64,000 bases of DNA from Pseudomonadales bacterium (GCA_041395785.1 JAWKZZ010000009.1:8292-72291), one strand, 5' to 3'. Shown: positions 31,083 through 40,332, counted from the first letter of the stretch. The notes: generated by a model not told the origin, from the sequence alone. Made by a program: numbers and translations.

Positions 31083-31397
31083 TCAGCGCGTTTCCCACTG
31101 CTGATTATCAGGGTTGGTTAAATCGCGGCTGCCGTGGACTACCGTAACAATGACAATTTCCTGTCGTGCTTCAATGAGTTGATAAATAGCACGGTATCCC
31201 CGATAAACAACTTCGCGAATGTCGTTGTGTTCGGCTTCAGGGACAAGGCGGCCACTGTGGGGGAATGTAGACAAGTTCTCCAGCCGAGTTGTTAATTGTC
31301 CAATAAATTGTTGCGCATAAACAGGCGAATCCAATGCGATGTAATCTCGCAATTGAGCAACATCTTTCAGTGCGCGTCTGGACCAGCGTAACTTCAT
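31083..31397 (-). CDS. RelE/ParE-family type II toxin
   Basis: 104 aa: MKLRWSRRALKDVAQLRDYIALDSPVYAQQF...FPHSGRLVPE...REVVYRGYRAIYQL...IVIVTVVHGSRDL. This is a typical ParE-fold pattern. It has a 4-nt overlap with the upstream small gene. Confidence 0.8.
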   Translation of the reverse strand: MKLRWSRRALKDVAQLRDYIALDSPVYAQQFIGQLTTRLENLSTFPHSGRLVPEAEHNDIREVVYRGYRAIYQLIEARQEIVIVTVVHGSRDLTNPDNQQWETR

Positions 31398-31585
31398 GGT
31401 TTCCAGTTGCCATCCAACAGTTCTTTTTTGGCATCTTCGTGCGAAACCGTGCGTCCTTCCTCAATATCTTTTAATCCTTCTTCGATCTTCTGGCGCACAT
31501 AAACGGTATACATCACATCATCCCATGTGGCCTTTTCTGGCAGGTGATCCGCAATATTGTGAACAATTTGTTGCATGGTTTGCAT
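31394..31585 (-). CDS. Putative antitoxin partner of the ParE-like toxin
   Basis: It is a small acidic/helical protein (MQTMQQIVHNIADHLPEKATWDDVMYTVYVRQKIEEGLKDIEEGRTVSHEDAKKELL). Its stop overlaps the toxin ATG. The start is uncertain: 31627, 31585 or 31576. Confidence 0.6.
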   Translation of the reverse strand: MQTMQQIVHNIADHLPEKATWDDVMYTVYVRQKIEEGLKDIEEGRTVSHEDAKKELLDGNWKP

Positions 31586-31682
31586 AAATGGTCTCTCGCT
31601 GTGTCTGGTCATTTTTTGGAAATTCACAGGTGTTCATGATAAGAGACCCTTCATGATTTCCATAGTGGCGTACCCCAATTAC

Positions 31683-32420
31683 TCAACCACCCAAATACGC
31701 CGCTTTAACCGCAGGATTGTTGAGCAGCGCGCTGGCCGCATCGTGCAGGATGATCTCACCGTGCTCCATCACATAGCCGCGCTGCGCCAGTGTCAGCGCG
31801 AGTTGGGCGTTTTGTTCCACTAATAACACGCTCACGCCTTCGCGGTTGATGGTGGCGATCACTTCAAAAATTTTTTGCACAAGGATGGGAGCCAAGCCCA
31901 TGCTCGGTTCATCCAATAGCAGCAGGCGCGGTTTGCTCATCAAGGCGCGCGCGATGGCTACCATCTGTTGTTCGCCGCCGGATAGCGTGCCGGCCGCTTG
32001 GGTGCGTCTTTCCGCCAAGCGGGGAAACAGCGCGTAGGCGTGTTCGATATCGTGCTGGATAGTGTGCGTATCGCTGCGGCTGTACGCCCCCATTTGCAGA
32101 TTTTCCAGCACCGTCATTGCAGGAAAGATGCCGCGACCCTCTGGTACCAGTGCCAAGCCTTTGCTGGCCAAGCTGTGCGCGGGTGCGCCTTCGATATTTT
32201 CGCCAGCCAACGCAATGGTGCCGTGTGTGGGTTTCAACAAGCTGGCGATGCTTTTTAGCAGGGTACTTTTTCCTGCGCCGTTGGCACCGATCAGCGACAC
32301 CAATTCCCCTGGCATCACATGCAGCGACACTTGGCGCAGCACTTGGATCGCGCCGTAACTGACATCAATGGCATCCACGGCGAGCAGTGCGTCGGCAGGG
32401 GCTGGGGAAATCATAGACAT
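31683..32420 (-). CDS. LivF-type ABC transporter ATP-binding protein (orphan; no cognate permease or SBP nearby)
   Basis: It has Walker A GANGAGKSTLL, signature LSGGEQQMVAIARAL and Walker B LLLLDEPS. The C-terminus (NPAVKAAYLGG) is typical of branched-chain amino-acid LivF. Confidence 0.8.
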   Translation of the reverse strand: MSMISPAPADALLAVDAIDVSYGAIQVLRQVSLHVMPGELVSLIGANGAGKSTLLKSIASLLKPTHGTIALAGENIEGAPAHSLASKGLALVPEGRGIFPAMTVLENLQMGAYSRSDTHTIQHDIEHAYALFPRLAERRTQAAGTLSGGEQQMVAIARALMSKPRLLLLDEPSMGLAPILVQKIFEVIATINREGVSVLLVEQNAQLALTLAQRGYVMEHGEIILHDAASALLNNPAVKAAYLGG

Positions 32421-32426
32421 AGTGCT

Positions 32427-33251
32427 TCAGTCCGTTGTGGGCAAACCGCCATCTGGCATCGGCTCGCCGGGCAGCAGAGGCCATAAGGTTTTGTGTCGCG
32501 GATGGGTTTCGGCAGCGGGGCGACCATTGGTGTAGTAGTACAGCGCCAGTGAACGGCGCGCGCGATCGGGCGGACAAGTGAGCGCGTGCGGGTGGCCGTG
32601 CCAAGTGTCGCTGCCGGTGCTGAAAATCGCCAAGCGCTTAGCAATCGGCAGGATGCGTTTTTGACAGGCTGTGAGCTGGCGATCCCACAACTCCAAATGA
32701 CCGCCGTATTCTTCGGGCCAATCGTCGTTGAGATAGAGCAGCAAATTCAGGCGACGATCCAGCTGATAAATGCGATGGATATTGAAATCCGCGTGCACGC
32801 GTAGCAATCCGCCGGGTAGGGTTTGGTGTGTGCCGCCACCGAGCAGGCGCGGATCCGGCAGCAGGTTTTGAATGCCCGTGAGTTTTTCCAAAAACAGAAT
32901 AAATGCCTGCGATTGCATCTCCCACAGCAAGTGACGCACAAAAGGAGCAAACATGCGTTCGTTGCGGATGCCGACTTTGTTTTTTTGCGCGGGGATGCGC
33001 TGCGTGTCTTCGTCGACAAAGGAGGTGTTGTCGCGTTCTTGCAGCGTGGGATCCGCAGGCGGTAAGCCCGCTTGCAGTTGCTGTGAAATGTCTTCGCTGA
33101 CGAAATCGTCCACCACAATATGCGGGAAGGGCTGTGCGGTGCGATAGCCTGCGCTGTGACTTTCAGCAAAGGCCATCAGCGCATCGTAGTCAAAGACATA
33201 TTCGCCGGCTTTGCCGGAAAAATGCGGGTTGATCATGGGTGGAATGATCAT
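32427..33251 (-). CDS. 2OG-Fe(II) oxygenase superfamily protein
   Basis: LRVHADF (HxD) plus the downstream WHGHP and GGHLELW pattern fit prolyl-hydroxylase-like 2OG dioxygenases. It lies 6 nt upstream of the livF-like gene. Confidence 0.7.
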   Translation of the reverse strand: MIIPPMINPHFSGKAGEYVFDYDALMAFAESHSAGYRTAQPFPHIVVDDFVSEDISQQLQAGLPPADPTLQERDNTSFVDEDTQRIPAQKNKVGIRNERMFAPFVRHLLWEMQSQAFILFLEKLTGIQNLLPDPRLLGGGTHQTLPGGLLRVHADFNIHRIYQLDRRLNLLLYLNDDWPEEYGGHLELWDRQLTACQKRILPIAKRLAIFSTGSDTWHGHPHALTCPPDRARRSLALYYYTNGRPAAETHPRHKTLWPLLPGEPMPDGGLPTTD

Positions 33252-33327
33252 GTTTTGGATTTACCGAATGCCCTGTGATGGGTCGTCATGCTAGCATTCC
33301 ACCTATCGTAAATTAAGGATTTAGATC

Positions 33328-34173
33328 ATGAAGTTTGAAGGTACCGAACGCTATGTTGCCACCAATGACTTGCAAATGGCGGTCAACGCGGCGGTGACTT
33401 TACAGCGCCCTTTGCTCATCAAGGGTGAGCCTGGCACGGGCAAAACGCTGTTGGCAGAGGAGGTGGCGAGCTCGCTAGGCAAACGCTTGATTCAGTGGCA
33501 CATCAAATCCACCACCAAGGCGCAGCAGGGTTTGTATGAATACGATGCGGTGTCGCGCCTGCGCGATTCGCAGCTCGGCGATGATCGCGTACACGATATT
33601 CGCAACTACATTAAACGCGGTAAGTTGTGGGATGCGTTTGATGCCGATGAGCAAGTGGTGCTGCTGATTGATGAAATCGACAAGGCGGATATCGAGTTTC
33701 CCAACGATTTGCTGGTAGAAATCGACAAAATGGAATTTTTTGTCTACGAAACCGGCGAGACGATCAAGGCGAAAAAACGCCCCATCGTCATCATCACCAG
33801 TAACAACGAAAAAGAATTGCCTGACGCATTTTTGCGTCGCTGCTTCTTCCATTTTATCAACTTCCCTGATCGGGAGACGATGACAAGAATCGTCGATGTG
33901 CATTTCCCGACTATCCAACACGATTTGGTGAAAGAAGCGCTGGATGTATTTTTTGATGTGCGCAAAATCCCCGGCTTGAAGAAAAAGCCGTCCACTTCGG
34001 AGTTGATCGATTGGCTGAAACTGCTGATGGCCGACAATATTCCTGAAGAGATTTTGAAGAATCGTGATGCCACCAAAGCCATCCCGCCGCTGTACGGCGC
34101 ACTGCTAAAAAATGAGCAGGATGTGCATATGCTGGAGCGCTTGGCGTTTATGGCGCGCCGCGAAGGGCGTTAA
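33328..34173 (+). CDS. MoxR-like AAA+ ATPase
   Basis: It has Walker A GEPGTGKTLLAEEVA, Walker B VVLLIDEIDKA, and ITSNNEKELPDAFLRRC (sensor/arginine finger region). Length is 281 aa. Confidence 0.8.
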   Translation: MKFEGTERYVATNDLQMAVNAAVTLQRPLLIKGEPGTGKTLLAEEVASSLGKRLIQWHIKSTTKAQQGLYEYDAVSRLRDSQLGDDRVHDIRNYIKRGKLWDAFDADEQVVLLIDEIDKADIEFPNDLLVEIDKMEFFVYETGETIKAKKRPIVIITSNNEKELPDAFLRRCFFHFINFPDRETMTRIVDVHFPTIQHDLVKEALDVFFDVRKIPGLKKKPSTSELIDWLKLLMADNIPEEILKNRDATKAIPPLYGALLKNEQDVHMLERLAFMARREGR

Positions 34174-34179
34174 GCCGCG

Positions 34180-34917
34180 ATGACTACGCAATCGAAAGCA
34201 AAAAGCTTGGAATACCTGCGCGAAGGTTTTCGTCTGTTGCTGCATCCTGAGTTGCGCGCTTACGCCGTCATTCCGCTGCTGATCAATACGCTAATTTTTG
34301 GCGGCTTGTTTTGGTGGAGTGTTAATTTGATTGGCGATTTAATTAACAGCGCCATCAATGCACTGCCGGAGTGGTTGGATTGGCTGAGTTGGATCATGTG
34401 GCCGCTGGCTGTGTTTTTGGTGTTGGTGGTGGCGATGTACACCTTTAGCACTTTGGCTAATTTGTTGGCGGCACCGTTTAACGGTTTGTTGGCAGAAAAA
34501 GCAGAAGCCTTGTTTACCGGCGTATCGCCCAATAGCAAAGAAACCGTGTGGGGTGCTTGCAAGCAACTGCCGCGTATTTTTATGAAGGAATTACATAAGC
34601 TCGGCTTTCAAGTGAAATGGCTGATTGCCTTGCTGATTCTTTCTTTAATCCCAGGCTTGAATATCATCGCGCCGCTGTGCTGGTTCATTTTTTCCGCCTG
34701 GGCGACTGCATTGGAATACTGTGATTACCCAATGGACAATCACGCTTACAGTTTTGCGCAAGTGCGAGAAGCGGCAGGTACGCAGCGCTGGTCCTGTTTT
34801 AGTTTTGGTGCGCTCGTGATGTTGGGCAATATGGTGCCACTGCTCAATTTGTTGATGATGCCCGCTGCCGTGTGCGGTGCGACCTTGTTGTGGGTTGAGC
34901 GTCTGAAAGACGAATAA
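34180..34917 (+). CDS. cysZ: Sulfate transporter CysZ
   Basis: 245 aa, polytopic, with the N-terminal pattern YLREGFRLLLHPELRAYAVIPLLINTLIFG typical of CysZ. Confidence 0.85.
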   Translation: MTTQSKAKSLEYLREGFRLLLHPELRAYAVIPLLINTLIFGGLFWWSVNLIGDLINSAINALPEWLDWLSWIMWPLAVFLVLVVAMYTFSTLANLLAAPFNGLLAEKAEALFTGVSPNSKETVWGACKQLPRIFMKELHKLGFQVKWLIALLILSLIPGLNIIAPLCWFIFSAWATALEYCDYPMDNHAYSFAQVREAAGTQRWSCFSFGALVMLGNMVPLLNLLMMPAAVCGATLLWVERLKDE

Positions 34918-34951
34918 TCTGCTGGTTTTAAAATTTCTTTCTGGAATGCAC

Positions 34952-35914
34952 ATGCTTTATTCCTTGCTGCGCCCCTTGTTATTCCAAGTGGATGCTGAAA
35001 AAGCACACCATTTGACCTTGGATAGCTTGAAGTTGGCGCATCAGATGGGTTTGTTGTCGTTATATGCTGGCAAACCAGTTTCTGATCCGACGGCTGTTTG
35101 GGGTATCAACTTTCCCAATCGTGTCGGTTTGGCGGCGGGCTTGGATAAAAATGCCGATTACATTGATGCGCTAGGTGCCTTGGGTTTTGGTTTTGTTGAA
35201 GTGGGAACCGTCACGCCGCGTCCGCAAGCTGGCAACCCGCAGCCGCGTTTATTTCGTGCGATAGAACAGCGCGGCATCGTCAACCGCATGGGTTTTAATA
35301 ACTTGGGCGTAGATTACTTGCTGAACAATATTCAGCAAAGAAAGTATCGCGGTGTGTTGGGCGTCAACATCGGTAAGAACGCGACTACACCGGTCGAAAA
35401 TGCACTGGATGATTACCCGCATTGTTTGAATGCTGTGTATGCCGATTGCGATTACATCACGGTCAATTTGTCTTCACCGAATACGCCAGGCTTGCGCGAT
35501 TTGCAGTTTGGCGAACCACTGCAGCGCTTGTTGGAAGGTTTGAAAAATCAGCAACAGCATTTGCACGCACACTACGGAAAATACAAACCGCTGTTGGTAA
35601 AGATCGCGCCAGATTTGGCAGAGCAAGATGTCGCCAGTATTGCGCAAACTTTATTGCAAACACAGATTGATGGTGTAATTGCGACCAACACCACCGTCGA
35701 TAAAACTGCTTTGGCGGGTACCGTTTTAGCGAACGAGGCGGGTGGTTTGAGTGGCGCGCCGGTGTATCAAAAATCGACCGCTGTTTTGCGTCAGTTGTCG
35801 CATGAATTAAACGGAAAAATGCCGGTGATTGGTGTCGGCGGCATAGAAGCCGGTGCGCAAGCGAAAGAAAAAATAGCAGCGGGTGCATCCTCGTGCAGTT
35901 GTATTCCGGCTTGA
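34952..35914 (+). CDS. pyrD: Dihydroorotate dehydrogenase (quinone) PyrD, with an aberrant 3' end caused by a frameshift
   Basis: It shows PyrD class 2 motifs ([42 protein letters not shown]-like [14 protein letters not shown]). The read-through ORF ends ...[12 protein letters not shown]. The +1 frame instead reads [26 protein letters not shown] up to 35970. So a 1-nt deletion at about 35888-35892 truncates the annotated ORF. The repaired gene would be 34952..35970. Confidence 0.9.
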   Translation: MLYSLLRPLLFQVDAEKAHHLTLDSLKLAHQMGLLSLYAGKPVSDPTAVWGINFPNRVGLAAGLDKNADYIDALGALGFGFVEVGTVTPRPQAGNPQPRLFRAIEQRGIVNRMGFNNLGVDYLLNNIQQRKYRGVLGVNIGKNATTPVENALDDYPHCLNAVYADCDYITVNLSSPNTPGLRDLQFGEPLQRLLEGLKNQQQHLHAHYGKYKPLLVKIAPDLAEQDVASIAQTLLQTQIDGVIATNTTVDKTALAGTVLANEAGGLSGAPVYQKSTAVLRQLSHELNGKMPVIGVGGIEAGAQAKEKIAAGASSCSCIPA

Positions 35915-35984
35915 TTTATCGCGGGCCTGAGTTAGTGCGCGAGTGTGCAACTGCTGTGGCAAACAAATAGCAAAAAGGACGGTT

Positions 35985-37522
35985 ATGGCTCGCTCATCCA
36001 AACCCAAAAAGAAGTCAGTGCCGAGCCGTTAGAAAAACAGCTCTGGAAAGCTGCCGACAAACTGCGCAAGAACATTGATGCCGCCGAGTACAAGCATGTG
36101 GTGCTCGGCCTTATCTTCCTCAAATACATTTCCGATGCCTTCGAGGAGCAGCACGCGCTGCTCGCGGCAGGGAAGAGGAATATGCAGGCGCAGACCCGGA
36201 AGACCCAGACGAATACCGCGCGGGCAATGTGTTCTTCGTTCCGGCGGATTCTCGGTGGTCTTACCTCGTTTCGCAGGCTAGGCAGCCGAAGATTGGCACC
36301 GAGGTGGATGCCGCCATGGATGCCATCGAGCGTGACAATCCTCGCTCAAAGGCGTGCTGCCCAAGGTGTATGCCCGCCAGAATCTGGACCCGACCGTGCT
36401 CGGCGAATTGATTGACTTGATCGGCAATATCGCCATGGGCACGGCCAAAGCCCGCAGTGCCGATGTGCTGGGCCATGTGTTCGAGTATTTCCTCGGCGAG
36501 TTCGCATTGGCGGAAGGTAAACAGGGCGGCCAGTTCTATACCCCGCGCTCCATTGTTGAATTGCTGGTGGATATGCTCGCGCCCTACAAAGGCCGCGTGT
36601 TTGATCCCTGCTGCGGTTCCGGCGGTATGTTTGTGCAAAGCGAAAAGTTTGTAGAGGAGCATCAAGGCAAGATAGATGACATCTCCATCTACGGGCAGGA
36701 AAGCAACCAGACCACTTGGCGGCTGGCAAAAATGAACCTCGCCATTCGTGGCATCGACATGCTGCAAGTGAAATGGAACAACGAAGGCTCATTCTTAAAG
36801 ATGCACATACGGATTTAAAAGCCGATTTCATCATCGCCAACCCGCCGTTCAATGTCAGCGACTGGAGTGGCGAGCAACTGCGCGGCGATGCGCGCTGGCA
36901 ATACGGCACACCGCCGCCCGGCAATGCTAACTTCGCGTGGTTACAGCATTTTGTGTTTCATCTTTCACCGCAAGGCAGAGCGGGTGTGGTGCTGGCCAAA
37001 GGTGCGCTCACTCCAAAACCTCCGGCGAAGGCGAGATTCGCAAGGCGATGATCGAGCAAGGCAATTTGATTGATTGCATTGTCAACCTGCCGGCCAAATT
37101 GTTTTTGAACACACAATTCCAGCGGCGTTGTGGTTTTTAAATCGCGCCCGTTCAAACGGTCATAAACACAAGAAAGAGATTTTGTTTATTGATGCGCGCA
37201 ACCTCGGTCATTTAATCAACCGCCGCACCGAAGAATTAAGCCACGATGACATTCGCCAAATTGCCGATACCTACCATGCGTGGTTGGCGGATAAAATTAT
37301 GCCGATGTTCCGGGCTTCTGCGCCTCCGTTCCTATTTCCCGCGTGGCCGAGCTGGATTATGTGCTCACACCGGGGCGTTATGTCGGCTTGCCGGATGAGG
37401 AAGATGATTTCAACTTTGCCGAGCGGTTTGCTGCGCTGAAGGCGGAGTTTGAAGAGCAGTTGAAGGAAGAAGAAAGGCCGAACAAAGCCATTGCTGAGAG
37501 TTTGGCGAGGGTGAAGTTGTGA
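35985..37522 (+). pseudogene. hsdM: Type I restriction-modification methyltransferase subunit HsdM, at least 7 frameshifts
   Basis: Conserved HsdM segments are spread over all three frames: MARSSKPKK | [46 protein letters not shown] | [32 protein letters not shown] | [16 protein letters not shown]...[30 protein letters not shown] | [22 protein letters not shown]...[10 protein letters not shown] | [28 protein letters not shown] | IPAALWFLNR...LFIDARNLG | VPGFCASVPISRVAELDYVLTPGRYVG...KL*. The frame changes lie at about 36006-12, 36168-73, 36341-50, 36795-800, 37009-16, 37113-18 and 37291-300. Each is consistent with a 1-nt deletion. Confidence 0.9.
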
Positions 37523-38711
37523 GTGGGTGGCGTGAAGCTAAACTTGGATGTTTAGGGAAAGTAATCACAGGAAAAACACCATCAAAAGACAATCCTGAAG
37601 ATTGGGGTGATGCAGTATTATTTGTGACCCCATCGGATTACAAAAACTATAGAAAAAAGCAAATTCAAGCTTGCGAATGCTTTCTGTTGCTGGAGCCGAT
37701 AGACAAAAGCAACGATTGCTGCCAGCAATCGGTGTTAGTGACTTGTATTAGTTCTGATATGGGGAAAACTGTTGTTAATGCATTGCCTTGCGTTACAAAT
37801 CAGCAGATAAATGCATTATTCCCAATGAATCTGTAATCGATCCTGATTATCTTTATTACATAACCAAAGACCTATATAGCTTATTAAGCAGTCTTGGAAG
37901 TGATGGCACTGCGGTTCCGATATTAAATAAGTCAGATTTTAAAACATTGATATTGTCATTCCTGGCCTTGAAGAACAAAAATCCATCGCCTCCGTCCTCA
38001 GTAGCCTCGACGAGCAAAATCGACCTCCTGCATCGCCAAAACAAAACCCTCGAAGCCATGGCTGAAGCACTGTTCAGGCAGTGGTTTGTGGAGGGGGTTG
38101 GGGATGCCAAGCCGGTAGTTCTAGGTGATTATGTGGAGGTTTTTAACGGGGTTTCTTATAAGAGCGATGATTTGCAGCCATCAAAAACTGCCATGGTTAC
38201 TCTCAAAAGCTTTGATAGAAACGGCGGATTTAGGCGTGATGGCTTTAAAGAATTTACCGGCAAATACAAGCCGGAACATGTTGTTGAGCAAGGGGATTTG
38301 GTTGTTGCTCACACTGATATAACACAGGATGCTGCAGTAATAGGCAATCCTGTCCTTGTGGTTACTGATCCTGCATATGAGAAGCTGGTTATATCAATGG
38401 ATTTGGTAAAGGTGAAATCACGGTTCGATTGGTTAACAAATGAGTTTCTCTATGTCCTTATGCGAACGAGTGATTTTAAGCAGCACTGCCTTGGTTATTC
38501 TAATGGATCAACCGTTTTGCATTTGAGCAAAAAGGCCATTCCGTCATATGAATTTAATTTTCCATCAATTGAAAAGGTTGGAGAATTTAGCCTTTTGGCA
38601 AAAAACCTATTTTCAAAAAAATTTAAGAATATCGAACAGGTTATATCTCTAGAAAAACTTCGCGACAGCTTGCTGCCGAAGTTGATGAGCGGTGAGGTTA
38701 GAATTTCTTAA
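37519..38711 (+). pseudogene. hsdS: Type I R-M specificity subunit HsdS, multiple frameshifts
   Basis: The GTG overlaps the hsdM TGA (GTGA). TRD1 reads ITGKTPSKDNPEDWG..LFVTPSDY. The conserved TNQQINA | (L)IPNESVIDPDYLYY junction is broken at about 37815-37822. The central conserved helix IVIPGLEEQKSIASVLSSLDE sits in a different frame from the flanking NKSDFKTL and KIDLLHRQNKTLEAMAEALFRQWFV. TRD2 and the C-terminal conserved region (LEKLRDSLLPKLMSGEVRI) are intact. Confidence 0.8.
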
Positions 38712-38722
38712 GGAGATATGCA

Positions 38723-40195
38723 ATGCACATAAAGGAAATGAAGCTGGCTAACTTCAAGGGGTTTTCTGCGGGATTGCCTCCTTTGCAATTCAATATCCCC
38801 AATGGAGAGCTCGGAAGCGGGCTAAATATATTTGTTGGTGAGAACAATACCGGCAAGTCAACATTATTGGAGGCTATAGATTTCCTGAGAAATGGGACAA
38901 AAAAGCCTGTGGAGGTTATCAAGAATAAAAACAATGGCGCAGAGGCCGTAGTAGAGATTCTATTTCAGGGTGATGTCGATTCTGTTATTGATGGGTTCTC
39001 ACAGCCTAATAAGGTGGCCGTTTTTAAAAGATATGTATTCGGCGAAGCAAGGGAAAATATTAGATTTTCGAGAGACACTGCTGATATTAAGGCAATAAAG
39101 CTTTGGTCTAATGCTGATGGTATTTACCAAAATGAAACAGGCATAGATGGGCCTGCAAAAAAGCTATTTGAAGCGAATTTTGTATGGGCAGATACCAACC
39201 CTAATGATGAGGTTAGTTTTGGTGCTACAACTATTTGCGGTAACCTTCTGAAGGAAATTGCCAGTGGATTCACGGAAACAGATGACTACAGAATATTCTC
39301 GGAGAGCTTTCATCAGACATTTAACTCTGAGGATTCGGGGTTGAGGCAGGTTCTTAGAGGTATTGAGGAAAAGACGCAAGAAATATTTCGAGAGCAATTT
39401 GGAGATGCTGGTATAAGCTTTAGATTTGATGAATTAAAGATAGAGTCATTTTTTAAAAACACGGTTATTGATATTGATGATGGTGTCAATACATCTATGG
39501 ATGAAAAAGGAAGTGGCATGCAAAGGAGTGTTGCTTTGGCCTTATTGCAGGTTTATGCAGAGGAGCTAACTAAGCATCCAGATGGTAACGACATAAAAAA
39601 ACCTTTTTTCCTTTTTATAGATGAGCCTGAAATTTGCCTGCATCCCAAAGCGCAAGAAAGGCTTTTGGATGCGATTCTAGAGATATCCAGAACAAAGCAG
39701 GTGTTCTTAACGACACATTCTCCATACTTTATATCTACTAACCACCTTCACAGGGTTGGACTTTTTATATTTAAAAAAGCTAATAATCAGCATTCTATTG
39801 AGGTTATTGGTGGCAATAATCGCCTTCTTCCATGGAGCCCTACATGGGGGGAGATAAATTTCAAGGCCTATCAGCTGCCAACAATTGAATTCCATAACGA
39901 GCTTTATGGCCGCTTGCAAGAGATTAGTACTCAAACACAAATAATCGGCTTCGATGGTTGGCTGGAGGCGCAAGGATTTCCAAAGATCAAGCAATGGATA
40001 AAAGAAGCTAATGGAGTGGCTGGTAATTCAGTCGATGTGACATTGCAGACTTTTATAAGGAATAAGATTCACCATCCTGAAAATTCGACTATGCAGACCC
40101 TTGAATACTCAAGGGACGAGCTTAGTCAGTCAATTCAAGAAATGATTGGTCTTATTGAGGCGAATAACCAAACTGCTGTAGAAGATGGATTATGA
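38723..40195 (+). CDS. ABC/OLD-type (AAA_15/AAA_21-like) ATPase with an uncharacterised C-terminal domain of about 145 aa carrying an RNxxxH (HEPN-like) motif
   Basis: This is an intact 490-aa ORF with SD AGGAG 8 nt upstream. It has Walker A GENNTGKST, signature-like KGSGMQRS, Walker B FFLFIDEPEICLHP and H-loop FLTTHSPYF. The C-terminal domain (about aa 345-490) ends ...VDVTLQTFIRNKIHHPENSTMQT. Its TGA overlaps the ATG of an hsdR 5' remnant (ATGA). Confidence 0.8.
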   Translation: MHIKEMKLANFKGFSAGLPPLQFNIPNGELGSGLNIFVGENNTGKSTLLEAIDFLRNGTKKPVEVIKNKNNGAEAVVEILFQGDVDSVIDGFSQPNKVAVFKRYVFGEARENIRFSRDTADIKAIKLWSNADGIYQNETGIDGPAKKLFEANFVWADTNPNDEVSFGATTICGNLLKEIASGFTETDDYRIFSESFHQTFNSEDSGLRQVLRGIEEKTQEIFREQFGDAGISFRFDELKIESFFKNTVIDIDDGVNTSMDEKGSGMQRSVALALLQVYAEELTKHPDGNDIKKPFFLFIDEPEICLHPKAQERLLDAILEISRTKQVFLTTHSPYFISTNHLHRVGLFIFKKANNQHSIEVIGGNNRLLPWSPTWGEINFKAYQLPTIEFHNELYGRLQEISTQTQIIGFDGWLEAQGFPKIKQWIKEANGVAGNSVDVTLQTFIRNKIHHPENSTMQTLEYSRDELSQSIQEMIGLIEANNQTAVEDGL

Positions 40196-40272
40196 CAAAA
40201 CTCACAGAATCCGCCATCGAAACCTTTGCCATCGAGCAATTCGAGCAGCTTGGCTGTCGGTATATGTATGGC
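40192..40272 (+). pseudogene. Remnant of an hsdR 5' end (second, diverged copy)
   Basis: ATGACAAAACTCACAGAATCCGCCATCGAAACCTTTGCCATCGAGCAATTCGAGCAGCTTGGCTGTCGGTATATGTATGGC encodes MTKLTESAIETFAIEQFEQLGCRYMYG. The real hsdR start at 41163 encodes MIKLTESAIEDFAIEQFEQLGYQYIYG. I counted 66/81 nt identical, with a perfect 23-nt core. Similarity ends at about 40272. Confidence 0.75.
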
Positions 40273-40332
40273 GCAGTTGTCCAGAAATTCCTGATAACTC
40301 GATTTATCTATAGTTCAAGGAGGAACTAAACC

